Shown: positions 38,701 through 47,805 of the stretch, in pieces
Position numbering within the stretch: the stretch's first letter is position 1
Layout of the letters: every line of letters begins with the position of its first letter
NCBI GenBank assembly: GCA_016212105.1
Contig: JACRHJ010000046.1
Span: 30,136 to 94,135, forward strand
From: Nitrospirota bacterium
Lineage (GTDB): Bacteria > Nitrospirota > JACRHJ01
Direction of reading: 5' to 3'
Length of the DNA stretch: 64,000 nt
Translations under genes and position numbers: made by a program
The notes under the pieces: generated by a model
Told to the model about the DNA's origin: nothing
Seen by the model: only the letters and a program-made list of their open reading frames with translations
The model's database searches: none

Positions 38701-41700
38701 AACTGGTCCACGGCGGAGACGGTGAACTGCCGGAGCTGCCACGCGGGCGACAAGACGGCGTCCCCGACGATAAACTCCGGGAAGCATACGCAGCACGTGA
38801 ACAACGCTGAGCTTGGCAGCTTCCGGTGCGCGCTCTGCCACGTGAAGACGGTCGCCACGAACACGGTGATAGACGGTTACGCCAAGCACGTGGATGGCAC
38901 CCGCAACGTGAACTTCACGACTATCACGGTGAGCAACTACACCGGCTTCTACACCGGCACGTACACCTGCCGGAACAACTACTGCCACAGCTCGGGCCAG
39001 GCGACACCGGCGTTCCGTACGGCGGCTGCCTGGAACAGCGCGACGGTTTACGGCTGCGACGACTGCCACGGCTCGGAGGGCACGACCTACGTGGCCGGCG
39101 CGCCGGAGTACGCTAACACCTCGACCTCCAACAGAAACAGCTTCAACGGGCATTACGTCTCCGGCCACGTCAGCGCCGTTGGCGACTGCATCGACTGCCA
39201 CAGGACTGTCGTGAACAACTTCGGTAACCTGACGACCGGCACGGTAAAGCACATCAACGGCACGATAGACATCGTGTTCAAGGGCGGCGGTTCATACGCC
39301 AACAAGCGCTGCTCCGGGACGGCGTCCTCCTGCCACGGCGCGACCACTCCACGCTGGGGCGGCAGCCTGGCCTGCGCCGACTGCCACCAGGTGACGGCGG
39401 CCGAGACCGACAACTTCAGCTACGGAGACGCGACCAAGGCTACCGTGAACTTCTACGAGTACACCTCCGTCGGACACGGCAAGAAGGGTACGTACAGGTA
39501 CACCGCCAACGCCGGCGCGAACCTCTCCTGCACCAGCACGAGCGACACCAACACCGTCGGCGGCTGCCACAGGGGCGTCACCGCGCACAACGTGACCGGC
39601 AACCCGTTCCGGCTCGTGTCCTCGGCCACGATCAAGCCGACCGTCCCGAACTCCCTGTGTGCGACGACCTGCCACACCTCGCCTGCCGTGCAGAACCACG
39701 TCAAGGCGATAACCGGCGGCACGAAGTACGCGACCTGGTTCTTCACGCCCAAGTGCGTGGACTGCCACGACCCGCACGGCGACAACGGCGGCAACGACAC
39801 GGCGCAGAGAAACTACATGATGGTGCAGAGCTTCGTCAACTACTCGACAGGCAGCAACGCCTACGGCGCGCCGTACCCGGCAGCGACATACCCGAGGCGC
39901 GCCATGGACTTCCCGGCCGAGACGACGAGGCCGGCGAGCCTGACGAGGTCGAGCTTCGTGACGGCTGGCTACGACGGCATCTGCCAGCTATGTCACAGGA
40001 GGAACTCCACCGTTGTGTTCGACAGGAACCAGAACCAGGCGCACAACGGCACGACCGTATGCACCGACTGCCATACCAGCTCGCTCGTCCACAACGAGGG
40101 CTTCAAGGGCGCTGGCGGCAGCTGCCTGGACTGCCACAACCAGGTCCAGAACAGCAGGCCTAGCATGCAGGCCGAGTTCGGCAAGACCTCGCACCACGTC
40201 AGCGCGTCCTGGGCGAGCTTCACGACAACGACGTGCTCGGTCTGCCATCTCGAGGGCGACTCGACCGGCGCGATTACGAGCTACCACAACAACAACGTTG
40301 GCGGGGGATACCCCGTCGACCTCAGGGTCATCGTCACGGTCGGGGCGACAGAGGCGACCACCGTCACGAACAACGCCAACTCGGTCCAGTTCTACTCCGG
40401 CCACGGGACCAACGGCGGGACCAGGAGCGCGGGCAACGCGGCCAACAGGCACTGCGGCGGATGCCACAACGAAACCAACGCCGCCTCGAAACCGTTCCCG
40501 ACGGCGGAGGCGACCGACCTGACGCCGGGCGCATACACCCCGACAAACGCCGGGTCTGTGTTCAAGCGCTATTCGTCGGCCACTACGACCAAGTCGCACC
40601 CGTACAACCCGAACACGTACAACGTCGTCGGCCAGCTGAACAAGGCGTACTCCCCGCACGGCCACCCGGAGAAGAACCAGATGAAGAACGTGGTCTCCGG
40701 CGCCTGGGTGGACGACACGCAGACAGTCTCGAACGCGGTAGGATGCCTGGACTGCCACAACAGCCACGGCTCCAACGCCGGCGCGGACGAGACCGGGCTG
40801 AACATGATAACCTACAACAGCGCGGTCGGCGGCTACTTCGGCGGCCTAATCAAGGAGGAATCGGCCTACGACCCGGACAAGTCGGGCACCACCTTCAATG
40901 CGGTATCCGACCTCTGCTTCGACTGCCACCTGGGCGACGACGCCAGCGCGCCCAAGAAATACTCGGACTTCGGCGTCGCGGCGGCCAGGCCTGTCAAGGA
41001 GTACTTCGACGCCGGCAGGTGGACGCCCAACTTCAGCAACGTCTCCAGCTCGTTCGCGTACAAGGCGGGCACTCTGGCGGCCAACTCCGGTAGGATAAAG
41101 GGCGGTCACTTCGGCGCCAGTGAAGCGCTCAGGGGCTCTGCTACAAACTCCGTGGGCGGCAGCTGTCTCGCATGCCACGACCCGCACGGCACGCCGTACA
41201 CGAACCTTGTCGGCCCGGGCAGCGAAAGGGCGTTCATGGCCCCGGCTCTCAAGGGTACATGGATGGCGTCTCCGTACAAGGAGGACCGCGTCGGCGAATA
41301 CGGCGCGAGCACGCTTGGCGACGCCAACCCGTACTCGTACAGCATGAATAAATCCGGGCGCGTCGGGCCGAGGGAGTCGCCAGCGTTCGCTTACAACAAC
41401 CCGGCCAAGGTTGGCGCGGGCTTCGGCACGGGCGCATCGGCATTCGGCATGTACGCCGCGGGCGGCAGCGGACATGACGGTTACTTCGTCGACGACAACA
41501 CGTTCGGCAACAGCGGCATAGGCTCCACGGCGAGCAACCCGTGGGCTTCGGCAATTACCGGCACGTATATCAGTCAGACCGACAGCCAGTTCGCCGGTCT
41601 GTGCCTGGGCTGCCACCCGCAGACAAACATCGATGCCGAGGTTGCCAGGACCGCGGGCGAGACCGGCAACGTCGCCATCAACGTCCACAGGACGGTTAAG

Positions 41701-42228
41701 GGCTGGGATACCATCGCGACGGCATCTGACTTCTTCAAGCCGGCGCACACCAACCAGCACCTGATGGCGTACAAGGCGACGGGCACGGACACCACCAACT
41801 GGTGCGGCACGACCCACGCGTACTACCCGGTGCCGTCCGGATACAGGTGGTCGGTCAACCCGGGCACGCAGATAACCATAGCCGCGGGCAGGCCGCCGTC
41901 GCCGAGCCAGCCCATGGTCGACCCGCCGAGCGGGGGCGGCGGACAGCAGGGCACCACGCCGCAGTCGACGTACCATCAGTTCCCGTGCGCGAAGTGCCAT
42001 GCTCCTCACGCGACGAAGCTCCCGAGGCTGATGAAGACGAACTGTCTCGACGTTGGCCCGACGGAATCGTCCGGGACGCATAAACCCAAGCATAACTCGT
42101 CGTTCAACATGGGCTACTGCGACGACGGCTCCGGAGTGGCGATATACAAGCGGTCTATGGTCTGCCATAACTCCAACAGGACGAACACATCCGGCGGAGG
42201 TGGCTGGAACATCAAGACAGGCTGGTAA
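35776..42228 (+). CDS. Giant secreted multiheme cytochrome (about 38-39 motifs), paralog of 29579..35563
   Basis: RBS GGAGG then ATG 35776; signal peptide ending ALA; DGLSASTDYYVQVT FN3 signature; heme triplets and a distinct C-terminal region. Confidence 0.9.
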   Translation: MRRIALEGSITYIAALAAALIVMLSPGSALAVKYWTNTGTVTATANGNAINVSATYTTGGTSCGNGGDTAPTFFVEWDVTPADWTGAGYGSSGGYNADTGGVSPYAYTTPNLAAGTYAVRVTYEDANGIASCGGGNVAVNAGSNVTLVANNLTVGTNSAVVNSSTQITASATFSDDINGNSNTSFRYSTNAGGPWTDKCLSVTGNSPRTCVIDGLSASTDYYVQVTHADADGVTGTNPQVVGPYTTQSAVACDPLVNDCSDCHAAPPADWDGISPKAGTTGHKGDHAVPAHTSDGARDKCAICHFKYSGMVNVTSAARWPVGHLNGILDIYTSNHVANKVFSAPYDKGIKGGYYKGYRNRSTIFEEKAANANNACTATYCHGAGDSPVWGTGTASCGSCHSLPPSAGKHATHSQGLVGHGNGNSGTTYDFGCYKCHSNTSGHSAGPVSANRAALVDFNNLSSPVNASGSYVEGALAGTDGTFKWTNGTCNGLYCHSTGKGGAPGTTATWNGTMAANCAGCHRGTTASGTPMNSGKHTQHMTSGAYNYACNKCHNDTTTTGTTVTNTAFHVNSSIDVKFEGQNPTGSYAGTTCSSMSCHSDGAGGTGSADWTGAAMTCTSCHKFNKAAAPNDITSGKHTQHINNGDLGKISCSQCHRLTVSAGDSPVTGYSRHVNAAKDVYFNALNTYTGFYTGAYTCRNNYCHSSGQATPTFRTADAWNGATTYTCNACHGADNYYTDVNGSPDYQNVSSSTRNSFNGHYLPGHVAATGDCIDCHRTVVNNFGNLTTGTVKHIDATRDVMFKGGGSYANKRCTNTNCHGTTAVRWGGKLPKDCQSCHSDQGAGSYANHSTTGKHRKHTDSATYNYACEVCHALLNASGNTDHAKGDVGANQAAQIVFHSATTAWRTKTYGSGGAAKRYVQMDSALGAAHSPVYAAGPASAGSDPVNVNRKWTQGRCTAIWCHSNGQSTPTYVNFANWSTAETVNCRSCHAGDKTASPTINSGKHTQHVNNAELGSFRCALCHVKTVATNTVIDGYAKHVDGTRNVNFTTITVSNYTGFYTGTYTCRNNYCHSSGQATPAFRTAAAWNSATVYGCDDCHGSEGTTYVAGAPEYANTSTSNRNSFNGHYVSGHVSAVGDCIDCHRTVVNNFGNLTTGTVKHINGTIDIVFKGGGSYANKRCSGTASSCHGATTPRWGGSLACADCHQVTAAETDNFSYGDATKATVNFYEYTSVGHGKKGTYRYTANAGANLSCTSTSDTNTVGGCHRGVTAHNVTGNPFRLVSSATIKPTVPNSLCATTCHTSPAVQNHVKAITGGTKYATWFFTPKCVDCHDPHGDNGGNDTAQRNYMMVQSFVNYSTGSNAYGAPYPAATYPRRAMDFPAETTRPASLTRSSFVTAGYDGICQLCHRRNSTVVFDRNQNQAHNGTTVCTDCHTSSLVHNEGFKGAGGSCLDCHNQVQNSRPSMQAEFGKTSHHVSASWASFTTTTCSVCHLEGDSTGAITSYHNNNVGGGYPVDLRVIVTVGATEATTVTNNANSVQFYSGHGTNGGTRSAGNAANRHCGGCHNETNAASKPFPTAEATDLTPGAYTPTNAGSVFKRYSSATTTKSHPYNPNTYNVVGQLNKAYSPHGHPEKNQMKNVVSGAWVDDTQTVSNAVGCLDCHNSHGSNAGADETGLNMITYNSAVGGYFGGLIKEESAYDPDKSGTTFNAVSDLCFDCHLGDDASAPKKYSDFGVAAARPVKEYFDAGRWTPNFSNVSSSFAYKAGTLAANSGRIKGGHFGASEALRGSATNSVGGSCLACHDPHGTPYTNLVGPGSERAFMAPALKGTWMASPYKEDRVGEYGASTLGDANPYSYSMNKSGRVGPRESPAFAYNNPAKVGAGFGTGASAFGMYAAGGSGHDGYFVDDNTFGNSGIGSTASNPWASAITGTYISQTDSQFAGLCLGCHPQTNIDAEVARTAGETGNVAINVHRTVKGWDTIATASDFFKPAHTNQHLMAYKATGTDTTNWCGTTHAYYPVPSGYRWSVNPGTQITIAAGRPPSPSQPMVDPPSGGGGQQGTTPQSTYHQFPCAKCHAPHATKLPRLMKTNCLDVGPTESSGTHKPKHNSSFNMGYCDDGSGVAIYKRSMVCHNSNRTNTSGGGGWNIKTGW

Positions 42229-42240
42229 CACAACAACCTC

Positions 42241-42269
42241 GCGGGGAGGCCGATACGGCCTCCCCGCTT
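42241..42269 (+). terminator. GC-rich hairpin between the cytochrome and HEAT genes
   Basis: GCGGGGAGGCCG-ata-CGGCCTCCCCGC-TT. Confidence 0.5.
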
Positions 42270-42291
42270 CATTACAAGGAGGTTAAACGGT

Positions 42292-43551
42292 ATGAGACGC
42301 CAGTTTATCATACCTGCCATGACTGCGGCGTTCATCGCCGCCGCCATGACGTACGCGTCCGTCGCGCCGTGCGCGACGGTCAGGGACCAGGACGGCAAGG
42401 TAGTGCTGGAGATTAAGGGAGCAGGGAGCGTGCCTAGGCTGATACCGCTCCTCGGGGACGACAGGCCGGAGGTCAGCGCACAGGCCATGGACGCCCTTGT
42501 GGAGATGGACGGTGACGCCGTGCCTGAGCTTATAGTGGAGCTGAAAGGGCCGAGGTTCAGAGAGGTTGCCATAGCCCTTGGGAAGATAAAGGATGCTCGC
42601 GCCGTAGTGCCGCTGTCAGAGTACATAAACGACATCACCTGGGAGAAGGCCGGGGTCGCAAGGGGCGCGCTGAGGGAGTTGGGCGACGCATCCGTACCGA
42701 GGATGGCGGAGCTTCTGAAAGACTCACGTTACCGGGATGCCGCTGCCGACGTGCTCCAGTACCTGAGCGGACCGCGCGCCGTCGAGGCCGTAGCGCCGCT
42801 TGCGGCGGATATCGACCCAGCCGTGCGCGGCGCGGCCATTCTGCTCCTGGTGAAGCTCGGGGCTCCTGGGGCGGGTGATGTTATACGTGGGGGGCTGACA
42901 GACAATGACCCGGCCGTGCGAGCGAAGGCCGCGGAGGCCTACATGGTCTCAGGCGAACGCGAAAGGCAGCTGCTTTACGGGATGCTCAAGGACGGTGACC
43001 TCGGCGTAAGGACGCTCGCGGCCAACATGCTTGAGGCCGCGCCGCACATGGAAAACTTTGGCCCGCTACTCGAATGCTACAGGGTTGAGAAGGACGGCAT
43101 GGCGAGGTCTATCGAGCTGTCCGCCCTGGGCGAGACCGGCGATGCGCGTGCCGTTCCCCTGATGCTGGAGGCGCTGGGGGATGGCAGCGAAGAGGTGGTC
43201 CTTTCAGCGCTGGTCTATTTTACCGAGCACCGCGACGAGCGGTCGGTCCCGGCGATACTGAAACTCTACGAAGGCCCGAAACATCCAGAAAACCCGCACG
43301 TGCTGATCTTTTCGCTCGACGCCCTGAAGTATCATAACTACAAAGGCGCGCATGGATTCGTCCTGGGTTACCTGGGAGAAGGCTGGCATTTCAAGCACAA
43401 GTCCGCAGCCCTGAACTACCTTGCCGAGACCGCGAGCGAGGGTGACACGAGTGTAGCTGACGCGGTAAGACGTATGCTCGGGAATGAGACCGACCTGACA
43501 CTCCGCGCCGCCGCCGACAGGGTGCTGAAGAGGGTCGGGCAGCTACCGTAG
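42292..43551 (+). CDS. Exported HEAT-repeat (PBS-lyase HEAT-like) protein
   Basis: RBS AAGGAGGT; signal-like N-terminus; repeats such as ALGKIKDARAVVPL, DPAVRAKAA, ALGETGDARAVPL. Confidence 0.8.
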   Translation: MRRQFIIPAMTAAFIAAAMTYASVAPCATVRDQDGKVVLEIKGAGSVPRLIPLLGDDRPEVSAQAMDALVEMDGDAVPELIVELKGPRFREVAIALGKIKDARAVVPLSEYINDITWEKAGVARGALRELGDASVPRMAELLKDSRYRDAAADVLQYLSGPRAVEAVAPLAADIDPAVRGAAILLLVKLGAPGAGDVIRGGLTDNDPAVRAKAAEAYMVSGERERQLLYGMLKDGDLGVRTLAANMLEAAPHMENFGPLLECYRVEKDGMARSIELSALGETGDARAVPLMLEALGDGSEEVVLSALVYFTEHRDERSVPAILKLYEGPKHPENPHVLIFSLDALKYHNYKGAHGFVLGYLGEGWHFKHKSAALNYLAETASEGDTSVADAVRRMLGNETDLTLRAAADRVLKRVGQLP

Positions 43552-45426
43552 GCTTTCGTAAAGAGACCTCGCCCGCGTATCCCCGGGAGCAAGCTCCATT
43601 GCCCGACTGACCGACATCCGTGCCTGCTCGTTCATCCCCTGGGCAGCAAGCGCGGCTCCAAGGTACAGGTGGGCTTCCGCGTTGCCGGGAGCGGCATTCA
43701 CAGCCTTGCCGAGCGCCTCTGCGGCGCCCGCGAAGTCCTTCCTCTCGCCAAGTATCATACCCTGCTGCAGAAATGCTTCGTAAAGGAACGGGTCCGCCTC
43801 CCCAGCGCGTACCATGTACCCGAGGGCCGCGTCGGTTTCCCCTTTGGACAGCAGGACCCGTCCCATGTTCAGAAGCTGGAGCGCGCCGCGCGGGTTCAGC
43901 TCGATCGCCTTGTCGAGCGACCGCATAGCCCCATCGACATCGCCCTCCTCGAACCGCACCGCTGCAAGGTTGGTGTAGTACATGTCGCTGGAAAACCCGA
44001 GCGCGGCCGCTTTGGCGAGCGCCTTTCCTGCATGGCCGTACAGCCCGCGCTCGATATACACCGAGGCGAGTGTATACTGCACGTTGCCGTCGTCAGGGGC
44101 GGTCCTCGCGGCCTCCTCCAGGATGGCGGTGGCCTCTTCCTGCCTGCCGAGCACCATGTATGCCTGGGCCAGGTTCAGGTGGCTCTTTACGTAGCCCGGG
44201 AAGACGTCCAGAAGCCTCATGTTAATCTCCACAAGCTCTTCGTGCACTGTCAGGTTGTCTTTCCATACCTGGTTGCGGGAAATCGTCAGGAATGCAAGAC
44301 ATGCGAGCGTTACCGCGAGGAGCGTATTAGAAAAACCTCGTAATGCGGAACCTGGCATCCCGGATAAGGCCATGCCAATGGCCGCACATGAACCGGCGAG
44401 AGGGAGGTACATCGCCCGTTCCGTCATCGCCACCTCGGTGGGTATTATATTGGCCACTGGGAGAAGCGCCGAGAAGAACCAGGCGATGAAGAACACTGCC
44501 TCGGGCCTGCGCCTGAGCAGATAAGGCGTGGCGGCGATCAACAGCCCGAATGTCAACAGTGAGAGCAGCACCTGCGGGGAGAGCGGGTCTGGCGGGGCGT
44601 ACATGTACTGGGCCCTGAGGTCGAAGGGCAGGATGGAAAGCCTTACGTAATGCAGGAATGCCTCCAGCATCATGAGGAAACGCTCGCCGACGGTGATGCC
44701 CTTGAACATATGCTCGGCGGGCGCCGCCTCCCCTTGCAGGACCAGCAGGCGGACGGGTATGTATACCGCGAGTACAGCAAGGCACGGCGCAATATCTTTA
44801 ATTAGAGCCCAGATGCGACGCTGCTTCTTTATGGTGAGGCCGTGCAGTAATATGAGCAGAGGGAGCACTGCCGCTGTCTCTTTTGAGAGCAGCCCCAGCA
44901 GAAACAGGACGGGCATGACGACAAACCGCCACGGCCTCTCGTCGTGCCTGATATAAACAAGAAAACCTGCCAGCACGAACGCCGAGCCCAGCAGCTCAGC
45001 CCTCCCGGACACCCATGCGACCGCCTCCGAGTGCCCAGGGTGGGCCGCGAAAATTAGTGCCCCGAAAAAGGCGGCCCTGCCCTGGGGCAGAAGCTCGCTC
45101 AGGACGAAGTACACGAGCAGGGTGCACATTGCGTGCAGCAGGACGTTGTTCAGGTGGTATACGAGCGGGTTGGTCCCTCCTATACTGCGCTCTGCCATGA
45201 ACGACAGTATTGTGAGCGGTCTGTAAAGCCCGCCGGTCTTGCCCAGCGCGTACCAGTAGCCTGACGAGAAGATATCCCGGAGCCTGTCCCAGCCGAGGGT
45301 GAGGGGGTTGTTTGTAACAAGGTAGATGTCGTCCCAGGCGAACGTGTTCGACAGCGCGTTGAAATACGACGCCAGTACGGCGATGAACAGCGCGGCACAG
45401 TGTATTGCTTCTCTTTTGTGTTTCAT
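43543..45426 (-). CDS. TMTC-like GT-C membrane glycosyltransferase with C-terminal TPRs
   Basis: FAWDD, YRPLT, YHLNNVLLH, HPGHSEAVAWVSGRAELL, SKETA, ERAMYLP, SRNQVW, then several TPRs. Confidence 0.82.
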   Translation of the reverse strand: MKHKREAIHCAALFIAVLASYFNALSNTFAWDDIYLVTNNPLTLGWDRLRDIFSSGYWYALGKTGGLYRPLTILSFMAERSIGGTNPLVYHLNNVLLHAMCTLLVYFVLSELLPQGRAAFFGALIFAAHPGHSEAVAWVSGRAELLGSAFVLAGFLVYIRHDERPWRFVVMPVLFLLGLLSKETAAVLPLLILLHGLTIKKQRRIWALIKDIAPCLAVLAVYIPVRLLVLQGEAAPAEHMFKGITVGERFLMMLEAFLHYVRLSILPFDLRAQYMYAPPDPLSPQVLLSLLTFGLLIAATPYLLRRRPEAVFFIAWFFSALLPVANIIPTEVAMTERAMYLPLAGSCAAIGMALSGMPGSALRGFSNTLLAVTLACLAFLTISRNQVWKDNLTVHEELVEINMRLLDVFPGYVKSHLNLAQAYMVLGRQEEATAILEEAARTAPDDGNVQYTLASVYIERGLYGHAGKALAKAAALGFSSDMYYTNLAAVRFEEGDVDGAMRSLDKAIELNPRGALQLLNMGRVLLSKGETDAALGYMVRAGEADPFLYEAFLQQGMILGERKDFAGAAEALGKAVNAAPGNAEAHLYLGAALAAQGMNEQARMSVSRAMELAPGDTRARSLYESLR

Positions 45427-45726
45427 GAATATGCCGGTGTACTACCCGTTATAATCGCTATGCATTTCTGAACCATTGGAAATTATAACTTAAAAGTTTA
45501 AACACTGCCAAACAATAAACGCGAGTGAACTTAAATGACAGATGCATTGGCGGGCTATCGATTTATCGTGTAAACAATTTCCGGTCCTTTAATGATGAGT
45601 TTGCTGGCAGCGGAATTATGGGCATCCGCATACAGGATGTAGACAGTTATAAACCTGGTTACGCGGGTCTCGGGTCAACTGTAATAATATCTTGAACTGA
45701 CTGTCAACCGGTAGTGACCTAACAAT

Positions 45727-47805
45727 TTAATAATATATCGGCGGCGGCTGAGGCATACCAGCCACAGTGGTGATGACCCCGTTTGTGTCCACCTTCCTGA
45801 CATAGACGCCGTCGAGGAAGAACAAGTTCCCGTTTGCGTCGACCACCAGTTTTTTGGGCCCTTCAAGGGATGCCGAGGTCGCCGGTCCGCCGTCCCCGGT
45901 ATGGCCCTTGGTACCGTCTCCCGCGACAGTCGATATGATGCCGTTGGTGTCTACCTTCCTTATCCTGTAATTCTCTGTGTCGGATATGTACAAGTTGCCT
46001 GACGAGTCGAAGGCGACACTATATGGTTCGCGCAGGCTGGACTCGTTTGCCGGTACGCCGTCGCCGGAGTAGCCTGGGGAGCCGTCCCCGGCCACCGTCG
46101 ATATCGTCCCGTCAGAGTCCACTCGCCTTATGCGGCTGTTCACGGTATCCGCTATGAACAGCCTGCCGGATACGTCGAAAGCAAGCCCGGACGCTTCTCT
46201 CAGGCAGGCTTCGGTGGCGGGTCCGCCGTCGCCCGCATCTTGGCAGGGCTTACTTGGTCTTGAGTTGTCCTTGTCTGAACGCTTCCCCGCTTCTGTTCTC
46301 GTGATTCCGCTGTTGTCAATCCTGTTGACCACGTTCGCGAAATCAAATGACACGTATATGTTCCCTTGCGTGTCCAAGGCAATGCATTTGGGTGTAGATG
46401 GCCAGCCTGCAACTTTGGTATCGCCTCCGGGAACGGTATCAATCGTGCCGTCCGTGCTTACACGTCTTATGCGGTTGTTGAACGAGTCCGTGAAATACAG
46501 GTTGAAATTGTCGTCAACGGCGATGTCCATTGGGCCGTATAACCCGGCGTTCAAAGCGGAGCAACCGTCGCCGGAGAACGAGCCAGTCCCCGTACCGGCG
46601 AGGGGAGTCACAAGGCCGTCCGGGCTGACCTTGACAATCCTGTTCCCATTTCTCTCTGTAATGTACAGGTTACCCATGTTATCGACCGCGAGGCCGGCCG
46701 GGTTGTTAAATACGTATTTCAGGGCGTCGCCATCGTCGCGCCACCTCTTGTACTTGCCAGCGACCGTCGTGAGTACGCCGTCCCTGTCTATCTTCCGTAT
46801 CATACAGTTGTAGGTATCCGCAAAGTACACGCTTCCGTCAGGGCCGATGCAGACCGCGTACGGCTCGTTGACGTTAGAGCCCGTCGACTGGCAGCCATTT
46901 ACGGAAAATCCGGATATGCCGTTTCCGGCGATGTCGGTTATGCTGCCGTCCGTATCCACCTTTCTGATTCGGTTGTTACGTGTATCGGCTATGTATACAT
47001 TGCCATCGTTGTCTACTGCGACTCCATATGGGTTGTAAAGTCCGGTATCAAGCGCGTCTCCCTTGTCTTTCAGCATGCGGGGAGGGGACTTGTAGCCATA
47101 TGACTTGTAATACCCCGCCACCAGCTCCTTAACGCCGTCCCTGCCAACCCTTACTATGCAGTTGCCCTCCGTGGCATAAAGGTTGTCGTATCTGTCGAAT
47201 GCTACGTTTACCGGACCGCTCTTCCATTCCATGAATGTCGTGATTATACCGTCAGTGTCTACCCTCCTTATGCGGTTGTTGATACTGTCGGCTATGTACA
47301 TGTTGCCAGAGGAGTCGAAGGCGACCCCCCACGTCATCGAGAGCTTTGCCGTGGAAGCCGGGCCACCGTCTCCGGAGAAGCCGGGCTCACCGGTACCGGC
47401 AACAGTAGTTATCATGCCTTCCGTATCCACCTTCCTGACCCTTAAGCCGTCTGCTATATACAAATTACGCGATTTGTCGAATGCTAGGCCGTGAGGATAG
47501 CATATAACCGCCGATGTCGCGGGACCACCGTCTCCTATATCTGCCGCAGTGGCGCCGTATCTTCCGCCTCCCGCGACAGTCGTGATTATCCCGGCCTTGT
47601 CGACCTTCCGTATTCGGCGGTTCTCGGTGTCTGAAATATACAGGTTGCCGTGCTCGTCGGCAACTATGCCGTACGGGAAATACAGGCTGGCCTCCGTTGC
47701 CGGGCCGCCGTCACCGGAAAAGTAATATGATTCACCGGATGCGTGCGCCATCTCGCCTTGGAAGACTATTACCGCAATGCTTATAACAGCAAGAAGGTAG
47801 CTCAT
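45727..47805 (-). CDS. Secreted NHL-repeat (teneurin-like beta-propeller) protein
   Basis: Start MSYLLAVISIAV.. at 47805 (ATGA overlap); many SGDGGPATxAxL..P..GNLYIADT.NxRIRKVD..GIITTVAG repeats. Confidence 0.88.
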   Translation of the reverse strand: MSYLLAVISIAVIVFQGEMAHASGESYYFSGDGGPATEASLYFPYGIVADEHGNLYISDTENRRIRKVDKAGIITTVAGGGRYGATAADIGDGGPATSAVICYPHGLAFDKSRNLYIADGLRVRKVDTEGMITTVAGTGEPGFSGDGGPASTAKLSMTWGVAFDSSGNMYIADSINNRIRRVDTDGIITTFMEWKSGPVNVAFDRYDNLYATEGNCIVRVGRDGVKELVAGYYKSYGYKSPPRMLKDKGDALDTGLYNPYGVAVDNDGNVYIADTRNNRIRKVDTDGSITDIAGNGISGFSVNGCQSTGSNVNEPYAVCIGPDGSVYFADTYNCMIRKIDRDGVLTTVAGKYKRWRDDGDALKYVFNNPAGLAVDNMGNLYITERNGNRIVKVSPDGLVTPLAGTGTGSFSGDGCSALNAGLYGPMDIAVDDNFNLYFTDSFNNRIRRVSTDGTIDTVPGGDTKVAGWPSTPKCIALDTQGNIYVSFDFANVVNRIDNSGITRTEAGKRSDKDNSRPSKPCQDAGDGGPATEACLREASGLAFDVSGRLFIADTVNSRIRRVDSDGTISTVAGDGSPGYSGDGVPANESSLREPYSVAFDSSGNLYISDTENYRIRKVDTNGIISTVAGDGTKGHTGDGGPATSASLEGPKKLVVDANGNLFFLDGVYVRKVDTNGVITTVAGMPQPPPIYY

